Source: a virus (taxonomy: Duplodnaviria; Heunggongvirae; Uroviricota; Caudoviricetes). From it: a stretch of DNA of 14,173 nucleotides. The stretch lies in IMG/VR virus record IMGVR_UViG_3300019487_000021; one strand, written 5' to 3'. The notes under the pieces were generated by a model. It made no database searches. It had not been told where the DNA came from and saw nothing but the letters and a program-made list of their open reading frames with translations. Both the position numbers and the translations under genes were made by a program. Positions 6,819 to 13,518 of the stretch are shown one piece after another (the first letter of the stretch is position 1; each line of letters starts with the position of its first letter).

Positions 6819-7619
6819 ATGAACACAGTTCTAAGGCTTCCTAAAAATGAGATGGGGCGAGACTTAATAGTTGGTGATCTCCACGGCTGTTACGACGAGC
6901 TGTGGTACCTTCTAGAAAAAATCGACTACGACTTCAACCGTGATCGCGTGCTGTTTGTAGGCGATCTCATTGATCGCGGCCCAAAGAGCGAGGAGTGTCT
7001 CGATCTCGTTCGGCTCGACGGAATGTACTCAGTCCTGGGCAACCACGAAGAGATGATGTTCCAAGCTGTCCTTAATCTGAAGGCATTACACTTTGATATA
7101 TGGATGAGCAACGGCGCTGGTTGGGCACGGAACTTGTTTCACGATTGGCTGCCAGCGTTCCAGGCAAAACTCCTACAAATCAAAGATAAGTTTCCTTTGG
7201 TTATCGTTGTGGGAGAAGGAGCTGATCGTTTCAACATCGTTCATGCCGAATTCTACTCTAACGCTCATCGCCCTTTGTGTGATGCAGACATTGACAAGTG
7301 GACGTTCTCTCCTGACGAGATCAGCAACATGGTGTGGGGACGAGCAATCGTACAGTATGTAAGCCAGGAGGGCGATCATCTAATGCAATACAACATGGCA
7401 CAGACATATGTTGGACACACACCCACCCGTGCCGTTGTCACGTCACAATCACAGGTATACATCGATCAGGGATGCTGTTATGCCGTGGAAAGCGGACAAG
7501 GCCGTAACACGGATTGTGGTCTGACAATCGTTTGTCACCAGACGCAGAAATATTGGACATTGCACCCAAGCGATAACAATCGAATCTCTCACTACGACTT
7601 GCCACCGATTCGGTGGTGA
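6819..7619 (+). CDS. calcineurin-like metallophosphoesterase (lambda phosphatase / PrpA-PrpB / ApaH-like)
   Basis: GDLHG, GDLIDRG, GNHE, VHAE, GHTP and IDQG motifs in canonical order. Confidence 0.92.
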   Translation: MNTVLRLPKNEMGRDLIVGDLHGCYDELWYLLEKIDYDFNRDRVLFVGDLIDRGPKSEECLDLVRLDGMYSVLGNHEEMMFQAVLNLKALHFDIWMSNGAGWARNLFHDWLPAFQAKLLQIKDKFPLVIVVGEGADRFNIVHAEFYSNAHRPLCDADIDKWTFSPDEISNMVWGRAIVQYVSQEGDHLMQYNMAQTYVGHTPTRAVVTSQSQVYIDQGCCYAVESGQGRNTDCGLTIVCHQTQKYWTLHPSDNNRISHYDLPPIRW

Positions 7620-7647
7620 GCCTCAGCCGTTTGATTATGATCCGAGT

Positions 7648-8037
7648 CTACTTGAACACCCGTTTCTCAAGCCACCGATGGAACTCTCCAAGTTCGCCGC
7701 CGGACTCGTCGTACAGACGGAGCAACACTTTGTGTTGCTGCAAAAACAGCTGAACCAACTCTTTTGCCTTTGGGTAATGTCTCCAGTATTCAAGACTTAT
7801 CTGGACTTCGTCGATCTTATCCCAGAATACCGAATGTACGTTATTGAGTTTTCGCGCTACTTCGTCGGATGGACTGTACCTAGCAATGAGATCAGGTGAG
7901 GCGGTGAGGAACAAACCGAGTTTATGCTTCTTGCCGTATTCGAGCATGTCTCCGAGAAGATTGATATATTCGGTGTACAAGTGGTTGTATCGATGAATTA
8001 AAGCATCAATAATTTGTTGATTCCAAGGCTGGCTCAT
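7648..8037 (-). CDS. HRYxHL-family paralog A (129 aa)
   Basis: GGAGAG RBS; IDALIHRYNHLY; C-terminal YWRHYPKAKEL. Confidence 0.85.
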   Translation of the reverse strand: MSQPWNQQIIDALIHRYNHLYTEYINLLGDMLEYGKKHKLGLFLTASPDLIARYSPSDEVARKLNNVHSVFWDKIDEVQISLEYWRHYPKAKELVQLFLQQHKVLLRLYDESGGELGEFHRWLEKRVFK

Positions 8038-8099
8038 GTCGTTCTCTCCAACTTTATTTATCTGTAAATGTCGTTCTCTCCAACTTTATTTATCTGTAA
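8036..8099. repeat. perfect 32-bp tandem duplication containing TAAATA and the RBS of ORF 8037
   Basis: ATGTCGTTCTCTCCAACTTTATTTATCTGTAA at 8036-8067 and 8068-8099. Confidence 0.95.
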
Positions 8100-8102
8100 A
8101 TA
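8097..8102 (+). promoter_or_regulatory. TAAATA motif (T4-late-promoter-like core); also at 6808-6813(+), 8055-8060(-), 8087-8092(-), 10202-10207(-), 11425-11430(-), 13042-13047(-)
   Basis: The hexamer sits just upstream of the RBS/start in the sense orientation at each listed site; two sites reuse a TAA stop codon. Confidence 0.4.
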
Positions 8103-8119
8103 TGGGTTTGGAGTGAAAC

Positions 8120-8311
8120 ATGATCAAGCATCCTCTCACAGTAGGAACAAAGGTTGAAGCGTCACAAAAGACATGTGCCTGTTCTGGTGGTGGTAAGTAC
8201 AGAACCGTCACAGGTAAGATTCTTAAGACAATTGTCAATCAAAGCGGAACATGGTACTATCTCGATTCAGGGGCAACCGTTAAATCCGAGATGATTCGAC
8301 AGGTATTGTGA
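8120..8311 (+). CDS. small basic protein with CxC, possible SH3/KOW-like beta fold (63 aa)
   Basis: GGAG RBS; VGTKVEA...TCACSGGGKYRTVTGKI...WYYLDSG. The fold call is inference. Confidence 0.75.
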   Translation: MIKHPLTVGTKVEASQKTCACSGGGKYRTVTGKILKTIVNQSGTWYYLDSGATVKSEMIRQVL

Positions 8312-8317
8312 GGCAAA

Positions 8318-8911
8318 ATGTCAACATTATCAATTGCAATGATTGTCGTCCTGTGGTTCTTGTTAGGTGCGTTCGTGCTGTTGTGGCGATATCGCCGCAC
8401 AATGGAAGGTTGTCTTGTACATCTTCGTCAGAAAGAAGCATGCGTTCGAATCGGCACGTTGAATGTGGAGTACTACGTCAAACGTATTGAACAAGAATTA
8501 CCCAACTACCAACTCCTTTGGCCAATGCTTTTTGGGTTTGCGGTTGGCGATACTGTTCTTGCCTGGTTGATTCTTCCTCACACTGAAACACCCAATGTAT
8601 TATCGATTGGAACCGCTTGTTTGATTGCCACAGTTATAACTCGTGCCTTGACAATCGATAGCGAATGGGCAATTGAACTACTCGCAAAATTCAATGATAG
8701 AACGTTAATGGCAAATGCTGCTCGTCGGGGACTTGAAGAACTCCGTCCTGACCTTGAACAAGCGCTTGGCGAACTTGAACAGTCAAAGGCCGATCTGGAA
8801 AAAATTACGAAAGAGTTTGATGAAGAGCTAGAGAAGATTATCAAATCTATCTCTGATGTCGAGGCCTTAAAGAAAGACAAACGAGACTTAAAGAAAGACA
8901 AACGAGACTAA
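8318..8911 (+). CDS. membrane protein, about 3 TM segments plus C-terminal coiled coil (197 aa)
   Basis: GAGG RBS; hydrophobic stretches near residues 4-23, 66-87 and 94-110; heptad-like charged tail. Confidence 0.85.
   Translation: MSTLSIAMIVVLWFLLGAFVLLWRYRRTMEGCLVHLRQKEACVRIGTLNVEYYVKRIEQELPNYQLLWPMLFGFAVGDTVLAWLILPHTETPNVLSIGTACLIATVITRALTIDSEWAIELLAKFNDRTLMANAARRGLEELRPDLEQALGELEQSKADLEKITKEFDEELEKIIKSISDVEALKKDKRDLKKDKRD
8866..8909. repeat. 21-bp in-frame tandem duplication (LKKDKRD x2) at a gene 3' end
   Basis: CTTAAAGAAAGACAAACGAGA at 8866-8886 and 8887-8907, plus CT. Confidence 0.92.
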
Positions 8912-9142
8912 TTGTACATTCTGCATTGGAATCAGCTGTAACTTCAACGTCTGCTTGTTCCAAATCACAATCATTCCTAACACATCGGTTGTTTCAACGA
9001 CTTCCAACATTGAGTCAAGCTGAGCAATCGGTAGCGGCGATGATGTAATTGTATTGCCGTTTTTTAACTCAACAGCAATTAGAAATCCCTTCGCGTCTGC
9101 TGCAGCGGTAGAGTACGTTGCTAAATCCTTGTAGTATGTCAC
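8888..9142 (-). CDS. hypothetical protein (84 aa)
   Basis: ATGA-type coupling with the upstream gene; overlaps the convergent ORF 8318..8911 by 24 nt. Confidence 0.72.
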   Translation of the reverse strand: MTYYKDLATYSTAAADAKGFLIAVELKNGNTITSSPLPIAQLDSMLEVVETTDVLGMIVIWNKQTLKLQLIPMQNVQLVSFVFL

Positions 9143-9573
9143 TTGTCCATCCTTGCAAAACTACGGAGGGTGCGTTCAAGGTCCTCCTTTGCATAAGCAT
9201 ACGAGACTGCAAAGTGTTTTAGCACCTTCACGCGAGGGTATTGTGGATCAACGTAAAACTGCAATGGGGACATGTTGGTCAGTTTGTAGACTTTGGTCAT
9301 TAACTCCTTTACATTGCGGTCAATATTGCGAATTGAACCGTCCGTTGTAGCTTGCATCTCAACAGGTGTGATTCGTATGCGAATGTAGTTGTGAACAACT
9401 ACACCTGGCGGTGGAGAAGCGCGCCACTGCTTGTATTCATCCTTGCCGTCGCTTAGCACCATCAACAAATGTAAACACCAATTCGCTAAATATACACAAC
9501 GGTTGTGTAGCCAAGTGATATCCCGAGGGAGTTTGGTTCGTTCAACATACTGTACAGTTTCTTCTAGTCGCAT
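9139..9573 (-). CDS. hypothetical protein, possible divergent HRYxHL-family member H (144 aa)
   Basis: WLHNRCVYL aligns loosely to ALIHRYNHL; C-terminal QYPRVKVL resembles [YF]P[KR]xxEL. Confidence 0.75.
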   Translation of the reverse strand: MRLEETVQYVERTKLPRDITWLHNRCVYLANWCLHLLMVLSDGKDEYKQWRASPPPGVVVHNYIRIRITPVEMQATTDGSIRNIDRNVKELMTKVYKLTNMSPLQFYVDPQYPRVKVLKHFAVSYAYAKEDLERTLRSFARMDK

Positions 9574-9582
9574 TGACGGTAC

Positions 9583-10179
9583 TCACATGGCGTGCAGCGT
9601 GTGCTCTTTCTTGAACTTTTCAATGTACTCTGGATTGCGCTTGCCCTTTCGAAACTTTGTTAAACCAACGTTATAGGCATGCAGTGTCTTCCACTTGTTC
9701 TTCAATAGATTGTGATATCCTTTAAGGATGTCGACGCCGTACTTGATCTGCTTCTCGATGTCCTGGAGTTCGGCTGTTTCGATCCCCCACACACCCGGAC
9801 GAACTTGCATTAACCCTCGTGCAGGATCTCGCTTCAAACTAGAGACGGCGTGAGGATTGAAACTGCTTTCAATTCCAATCACCGACAAAATGTCATGTGC
9901 GGTTGGAAACGTTGGATCTGCGTGTTTGTGTGCAAGGGCAACAATCTCGTACGCACGCTTCCGATCAATCCTGTACCGTTCGGCAATTTCCGCTGCTGTT
10001 TCGTGGAACATCGTATTGATCCGTGGATGAATGTGACGAACTTGTCCCGCTGCTGCCAACCCACTTGGGCGATGTGGAGTCTCAGCTGGAGTACTAAGTG
10101 TTGCTAGTCCCAACGCACCTGCTGCTGCCGCCTGTTTAAGACTGATTTCGTCAAGTTGCTGCAAATCGTTGAGTTTCAT
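9583..10179 (-). CDS. SLT-domain lytic transglycosylase (GH23-type) with Ala/Gly-rich N-terminal leader
   Basis: Catalytic IESSFNP, GLMQV and AYNVG motifs; CAGGA RBS. Confidence 0.92.
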   Translation of the reverse strand: MKLNDLQQLDEISLKQAAAAGALGLATLSTPAETPHRPSGLAAAGQVRHIHPRINTMFHETAAEIAERYRIDRKRAYEIVALAHKHADPTFPTAHDILSVIGIESSFNPHAVSSLKRDPARGLMQVRPGVWGIETAELQDIEKQIKYGVDILKGYHNLLKNKWKTLHAYNVGLTKFRKGKRNPEYIEKFKKEHTLHAM

Positions 10180-10210
10180 TGCTTTTCCTGTAGATTTATT
10201 GTATTTATTC

Positions 10211-10297
10211 GTCTATAAGTCGTTGTAGTCTATAAGTCGTTGTAGTCTATAAGTCGTTGTTCGTCTATAAGTCGTTGTTCGTCTATAAGTCGTTGTA
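10211..10297. repeat. 5-copy tandem repeat, core GTCTATAAGTCGTTGT plus A (17 bp) or TC (18 bp)
   Basis: Units of 17,17,18,18,17 bp starting at 10211, 10228, 10245, 10263, 10281. Confidence 0.95.
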
Positions 10298-10655
10298 GCT
10301 GTTCAACGATTCTCATCAACTCTTTCCACAGTGTCACGACCCTGTTGACTTGATAAAACGGCAACCATGCAATTAGGTCGGAGGTGCTCCCCACCGGCCT
10401 GGTGAACGAGTGTGGCGTGACCGAGACAATGTTGCTGTGATACTTACCTATCAGTTGACTAACATCAAGAGACACTGGGCTACCTTCATACAGTTTGACC
10501 TCACGACTGCCTCTAACGAGCAGAGTGTATTGGTCAACACCATGTTTCGCTTTGCATTGATCACGCATCTTTGTGTGAAGGGTTGTGAACTCTGAGAACA
10601 AGTGTTGATATCGATGCATCAGCGCATCAACCGCTTGAAATAAGTGTGCATGCAT
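10230..10655 (-). CDS. HRYxHL-family paralog B (141 aa)
   Basis: VDALMHRYQHLFSEF; C-terminal TLWKELMRIVEQLQRLID. Start moved to ATG 10655 because the track extension overlaps ORF 10670..11056; the AGGAG abuts the ATG, so the start is uncertain. Confidence 0.8.
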   Translation of the reverse strand: MHAHLFQAVDALMHRYQHLFSEFTTLHTKMRDQCKAKHGVDQYTLLVRGSREVKLYEGSPVSLDVSQLIGKYHSNIVSVTPHSFTRPVGSTSDLIAWLPFYQVNRVVTLWKELMRIVEQLQRLIDEQRLIDEQRLIDYNDL

Positions 10656-10669
10656 CTCCTGTACGCCCT

Positions 10670-11056
10670 TTAGTAGAGATGATATGCCGATGGTTGCAAC
10701 AAGCGCACGTCCTTCTTGCACAATGCAATCGCTTGCGTTCGTAAAGCAACGTATGCTGCGGCGAGCTCCTCGCTCTTTGGAAACTGTTTCCACACATTCA
10801 AAGAACCTGGGCATCGAGGGAGATTAAATGCTCGGACGAGGTACTCCTGACAGCCATCGTCGTTCACCCACATCATTGTCTCGTGCTCGAACTCGATTGA
10901 CGTCGACCGTCGTCGTAGCCAGCGGTATAGCCGTTCTCGAAGGTGGGTCGCTTCCTCCCACGCTGTCTGTTCTGTGGAGAGATCCTGCAAAATCTCCCAT
11001 AAGTGCTTGTAGCGGTGAACCATTGAGTCCAATGTACGCAAGTCAGACAGCTTCAT
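10670..11056 (-). CDS. HRYxHL-family paralog C (128 aa)
   Basis: LDSMVHRYKHLW; C-terminal VWKQFPKSEEL. Confidence 0.85.
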   Translation of the reverse strand: MKLSDLRTLDSMVHRYKHLWEILQDLSTEQTAWEEATHLRERLYRWLRRRSTSIEFEHETMMWVNDDGCQEYLVRAFNLPRCPGSLNVWKQFPKSEELAAAYVALRTQAIALCKKDVRLLQPSAYHLY

Positions 11057-11405
11057 GTTTTTGCTTCCTTCGTTCTAACTGGGCGCACACGTCATGTCCG
11101 GCCATCTTCCATCGATTGTGCAAATCAATCAGATGCTGCTTGTGTGGGTAGTCGATGTAAACACCGACGGTTTGCAACGCCGCCCATTCTCGCCACCAAA
11201 GTTCTCGAGGAACGGCTTTGAGGTGGCGAATGTGCCATAGCGCAAGAGCTTCTTGACACGTATCGGTCCAATACAAAGGAATTAGGTACGATCTTGGGTT
11301 GTGTGGTCGTTGTGCAGCCCACTGGTACATTTTGTCTAATGCATCGTTGAGAAGCTCGTATGCGTGTATAAATCTGTGGACTGTGGCAAGCGTCGAATTA
11401 TCCAT
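11043..11405 (-). CDS. HRYxHL-family divergent paralog D (120 aa)
   Basis: AGGGG RBS; VHRFIHAYELL; C-terminal YIDYPHKQHL. Confidence 0.8.
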   Translation of the reverse strand: MDNSTLATVHRFIHAYELLNDALDKMYQWAAQRPHNPRSYLIPLYWTDTCQEALALWHIRHLKAVPRELWWREWAALQTVGVYIDYPHKQHLIDLHNRWKMAGHDVCAQLERRKQKHEAV

Positions 11406-11427
11406 AAATTACCCCTGTTTGAGGTAT

Positions 11428-11775
11428 TTACGCCACTTTTTGTGTAACGACAGGATCTGTTCCGAGAACGTCGTGAGCAAGGAGTTGAACGAGTAGGCAG
11501 TACTGTGACCAATACTGTCGAACAACCGAAGCTCCGTCAATATTTTCATAGACAACAGCGTGTGGACCCCACTTACTATAGTCGTCTACTGCCACTTGCA
11601 TCAGATGTTCCATCCCTTGTGGGAGAGCGAGATAAACTTCTGTGTCAAACATTGCCATTTCGTTCATCACCAATCGCTGATCTAACATTGCATCCTTCAG
11701 CAGCCCAGCGACGTGTTGCATTCTGTGGATCAATGCACGTCGCTTGTTTAGTTCAGAGAAGTGTTCAAGACTCAT
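11428..11775 (-). CDS. HRYxHL-family divergent paralog E (115 aa)
   Basis: RALIHRMQHV; start at ATG 11775 or GTG 11787. Confidence 0.78.
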   Translation of the reverse strand: MSLEHFSELNKRRALIHRMQHVAGLLKDAMLDQRLVMNEMAMFDTEVYLALPQGMEHLMQVAVDDYSKWGPHAVVYENIDGASVVRQYWSQYCLLVQLLAHDVLGTDPVVTQKVA

Positions 11776-12274
11776 TTGGTGACACAAGCAAGTCGTGTGA
11801 ATCGTTGGTGAAGATCATGAAACAGTGCATCGCGTTGCCGACCTTGATTTGGTCAATGAATACACGAGCACGAACATCGTACTTGTACACGCAGTATGGG
11901 TCAATTGGAAATGAACAACAATACACGACTCCATCAGGTGCAAAACATGGTGTTTGAATCATCGGAGAGGTGTAATACAAAAGAACAAACGCTCCAATCG
12001 CATCATCATAGTACACACGTGATGGCAAATACCTGGCGAGTCTTACACTGTGAATCTCATACAGATCAACAACCACGTGTGATTCACGATTGGGGCACAC
12101 GCACCGAACTTTCATTGGCGTCTTGGGGATCAAATCGACATACTCGTCTGCATCATCAGGAATGTCGAGCTCCAGTGCAATCAGCTCGATTTTAACATCG
12201 TAGTCGATCTCGAGGGTTGATGACGGAGGTTGATCGTCCGCCATCACGATGTCTGCTGGGACGATTTTGCTCAC
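11765..12274 (-). CDS. Cys/Tyr-rich hypothetical protein with acidic N-terminus (169 aa)
   Basis: GTG start with GGGA RBS; fills the gap between neighbours. Confidence 0.78.
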   Translation of the reverse strand: MSKIVPADIVMADDQPPSSTLEIDYDVKIELIALELDIPDDADEYVDLIPKTPMKVRCVCPNRESHVVVDLYEIHSVRLARYLPSRVYYDDAIGAFVLLYYTSPMIQTPCFAPDGVVYCCSFPIDPYCVYKYDVRARVFIDQIKVGNAMHCFMIFTNDSHDLLVSPNES

Positions 12275-12297
12275 GACTTATCCCACGATTTCATAAC

Positions 12298-12549
12298 CTA
12301 TCCTCTCTTTTGAACTCGTGATGCCAAAGCCTCGCGTGCAGAGTCGATACCGCGCAATTGGTACCACTCATCCATTGCATCGGACTCGTAGCGAACGATT
12401 GCCATCAAACGGCGAACCATCTTGCGCCATTCCTTTGTCATTCTTTCCGAAGAATCCTCTTGCAACATCAGCTTGAGAAGGTTGGCGTGCTTGTCGAGAT
12501 TGTTTTTGATATCGTTGAAATTTCGTTGTTCGAGAACGACGGTTTCCAT
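12298..12549 (-). CDS. helical hypothetical protein (83 aa)
   Basis: AAGGAG RBS; TAATG coupling to the upstream gene. Confidence 0.8.
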   Translation of the reverse strand: METVVLEQRNFNDIKNNLDKHANLLKLMLQEDSSERMTKEWRKMVRRLMAIVRYESDAMDEWYQLRGIDSAREALASRVQKRG

Positions 12550-12779
12550 TATTTGGAACTCCTTTGCGGCTTGAGAGAAACTGAAGCCGTGGCGCCGTTG
12601 CAGACTGGAGAGACCGCTCCTGTTTGGGGATCGCGGCGGAGGTCTAGCTTGAGCTTGACATCATGAATAGGTACGGTATCAACGACATTTGCTCCATCGT
12701 TGTACTCATCCTTGATATACTCAGCAATAGCTTGTTCGACTTCTCTGTCACTGATTTCGACGACTCGATATGACCTCAT
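12549..12779 (-). CDS. hypothetical protein (76 aa, MRSYRVVEISDREVEQAIAEYIK...)
   Basis: AAGGAGG 5 nt before ATG 12779, favoured over track start 12833. Confidence 0.78.
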   Translation of the reverse strand: MRSYRVVEISDREVEQAIAEYIKDEYNDGANVVDTVPIHDVKLKLDLRRDPQTGAVSPVCNGATASVSLKPQRSSK

Positions 12780-12879
12780 TTCCGCCTCCTTCTTCCTTCG
12801 CACTACGTACTTCACAACGTGCTCAATGATCATTGTGCCAACCCAGAAGCGACCCAGCTATGGTGCTGGGCCATTATTT

Positions 12880-12945
12880 GACGGGGTGGCAGAGTGGCAA
12901 TGCACCGGACTAGCACTCCGGTTGCCAGGGGTGAAGCCCCGGCCA
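12880..12945 (+). pseudogene. truncated class-II-tRNA-like element (5' acceptor strand, D arm, anticodon arm with AGC, long variable arm; no T arm or 3' acceptor strand)
   Basis: GACGGGG-TG-GCAGAGTGGCAATGC-A-CCGGA-CTAGCAC-TCCGG, then hairpin GCC(A)GGGG-TGAAG-CCCCGGC; no GTTCRA follows. Confidence 0.55.
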
Positions 12946-12993
12946 CACAATCATTCCGACTATCACCAGCGGAATCAACACATCATCGCTCAT
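12910..12993 (-). CDS. 27-aa hydrophobic peptide, possibly a disrupted small membrane gene
   Basis: MSDDVLIPLVIVGMIVWPGLHPWQPEC*; AGGG upstream and TAAATA at 13042-13047. Confidence 0.3.
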   Translation of the reverse strand: MSDDVLIPLVIVGMIVWPGLHPWQPEC

Positions 12994-13070
12994 TGTCGTA
13001 ACCCTAATTCAAACAGTTACCACATGATGACACTAATCGCTTATTTAGGGTAAAAGCAACAGAAATCAAA

Positions 13071-13511
13071 TCAAACATAGGATTCTTGATCGATCATTGC
13101 AATCAATGTTCGCAAAATATCCTGCAACTGGACGGTGGTTTCCTTCAACTCACTCAGTCGGTTGTACTCTAGAAAAATCCAAAACGACGTGTTGATCATC
13201 AATCGGAAATTCAGCCGATCTGCAACACATGCAACTTGTTCCAACACTCCAAACCGAGTATTTGTACCGATCTTAGCCCCGGGAATTTTCCATAATGGCA
13301 CACGATTATTTGTTCCTTGGTCGACAGCTCCATCACTTGCCCAAGGGAGACCAGTCTGCTTTTCATACGAACGCTGCATTTCCAACTTCATCGTTACGAA
13401 TTCGTCAAACAAATGCTTGTACCGGTGCGCCAACGCTCTAACAGCATTGTTCTGTACGAGGATTTCCAATGTCCCCTGTTGCAATGTCATCAATGTCTTA
13501 CTGTGCTTCAC
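13071..13511 (-). CDS. HRYxHL-family paralog F (146 aa)
   Basis: VRALAHRYKHLFDEF; ends LIAMIDQESYV. Confidence 0.85.
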   Translation of the reverse strand: MKHSKTLMTLQQGTLEILVQNNAVRALAHRYKHLFDEFVTMKLEMQRSYEKQTGLPWASDGAVDQGTNNRVPLWKIPGAKIGTNTRFGVLEQVACVADRLNFRLMINTSFWIFLEYNRLSELKETTVQLQDILRTLIAMIDQESYV

Positions 13512-13518
13512 AACGTGC

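Noticed and set aside
7620-7647. Bidirectional terminator between convergent genes
   Set aside because: No convincing stem plus U-tract in the 28-nt gap.
10211-10297. CRISPR mini-array
   Set aside because: Units are directly adjacent with only 1-2 nt between cores; there are no unique spacers and no cas genes.
10656-10814. N-terminal extension of ORF 10230..10814 (likewise the extensions of 152, 1581, 2651, 2760, 4884 and 12833)
   Set aside because: They overlap neighbouring genes or hairpins; internal starts have better RBS or coupling.
12880-12945. Functional canonical tRNA-Ala(AGC), or a circularly permuted tRNA
   Set aside because: No T-psi-C arm or 7-bp acceptor partner downstream, and no matching 3' half immediately upstream; the body resembles class II tRNAs, not tRNA-Ala.
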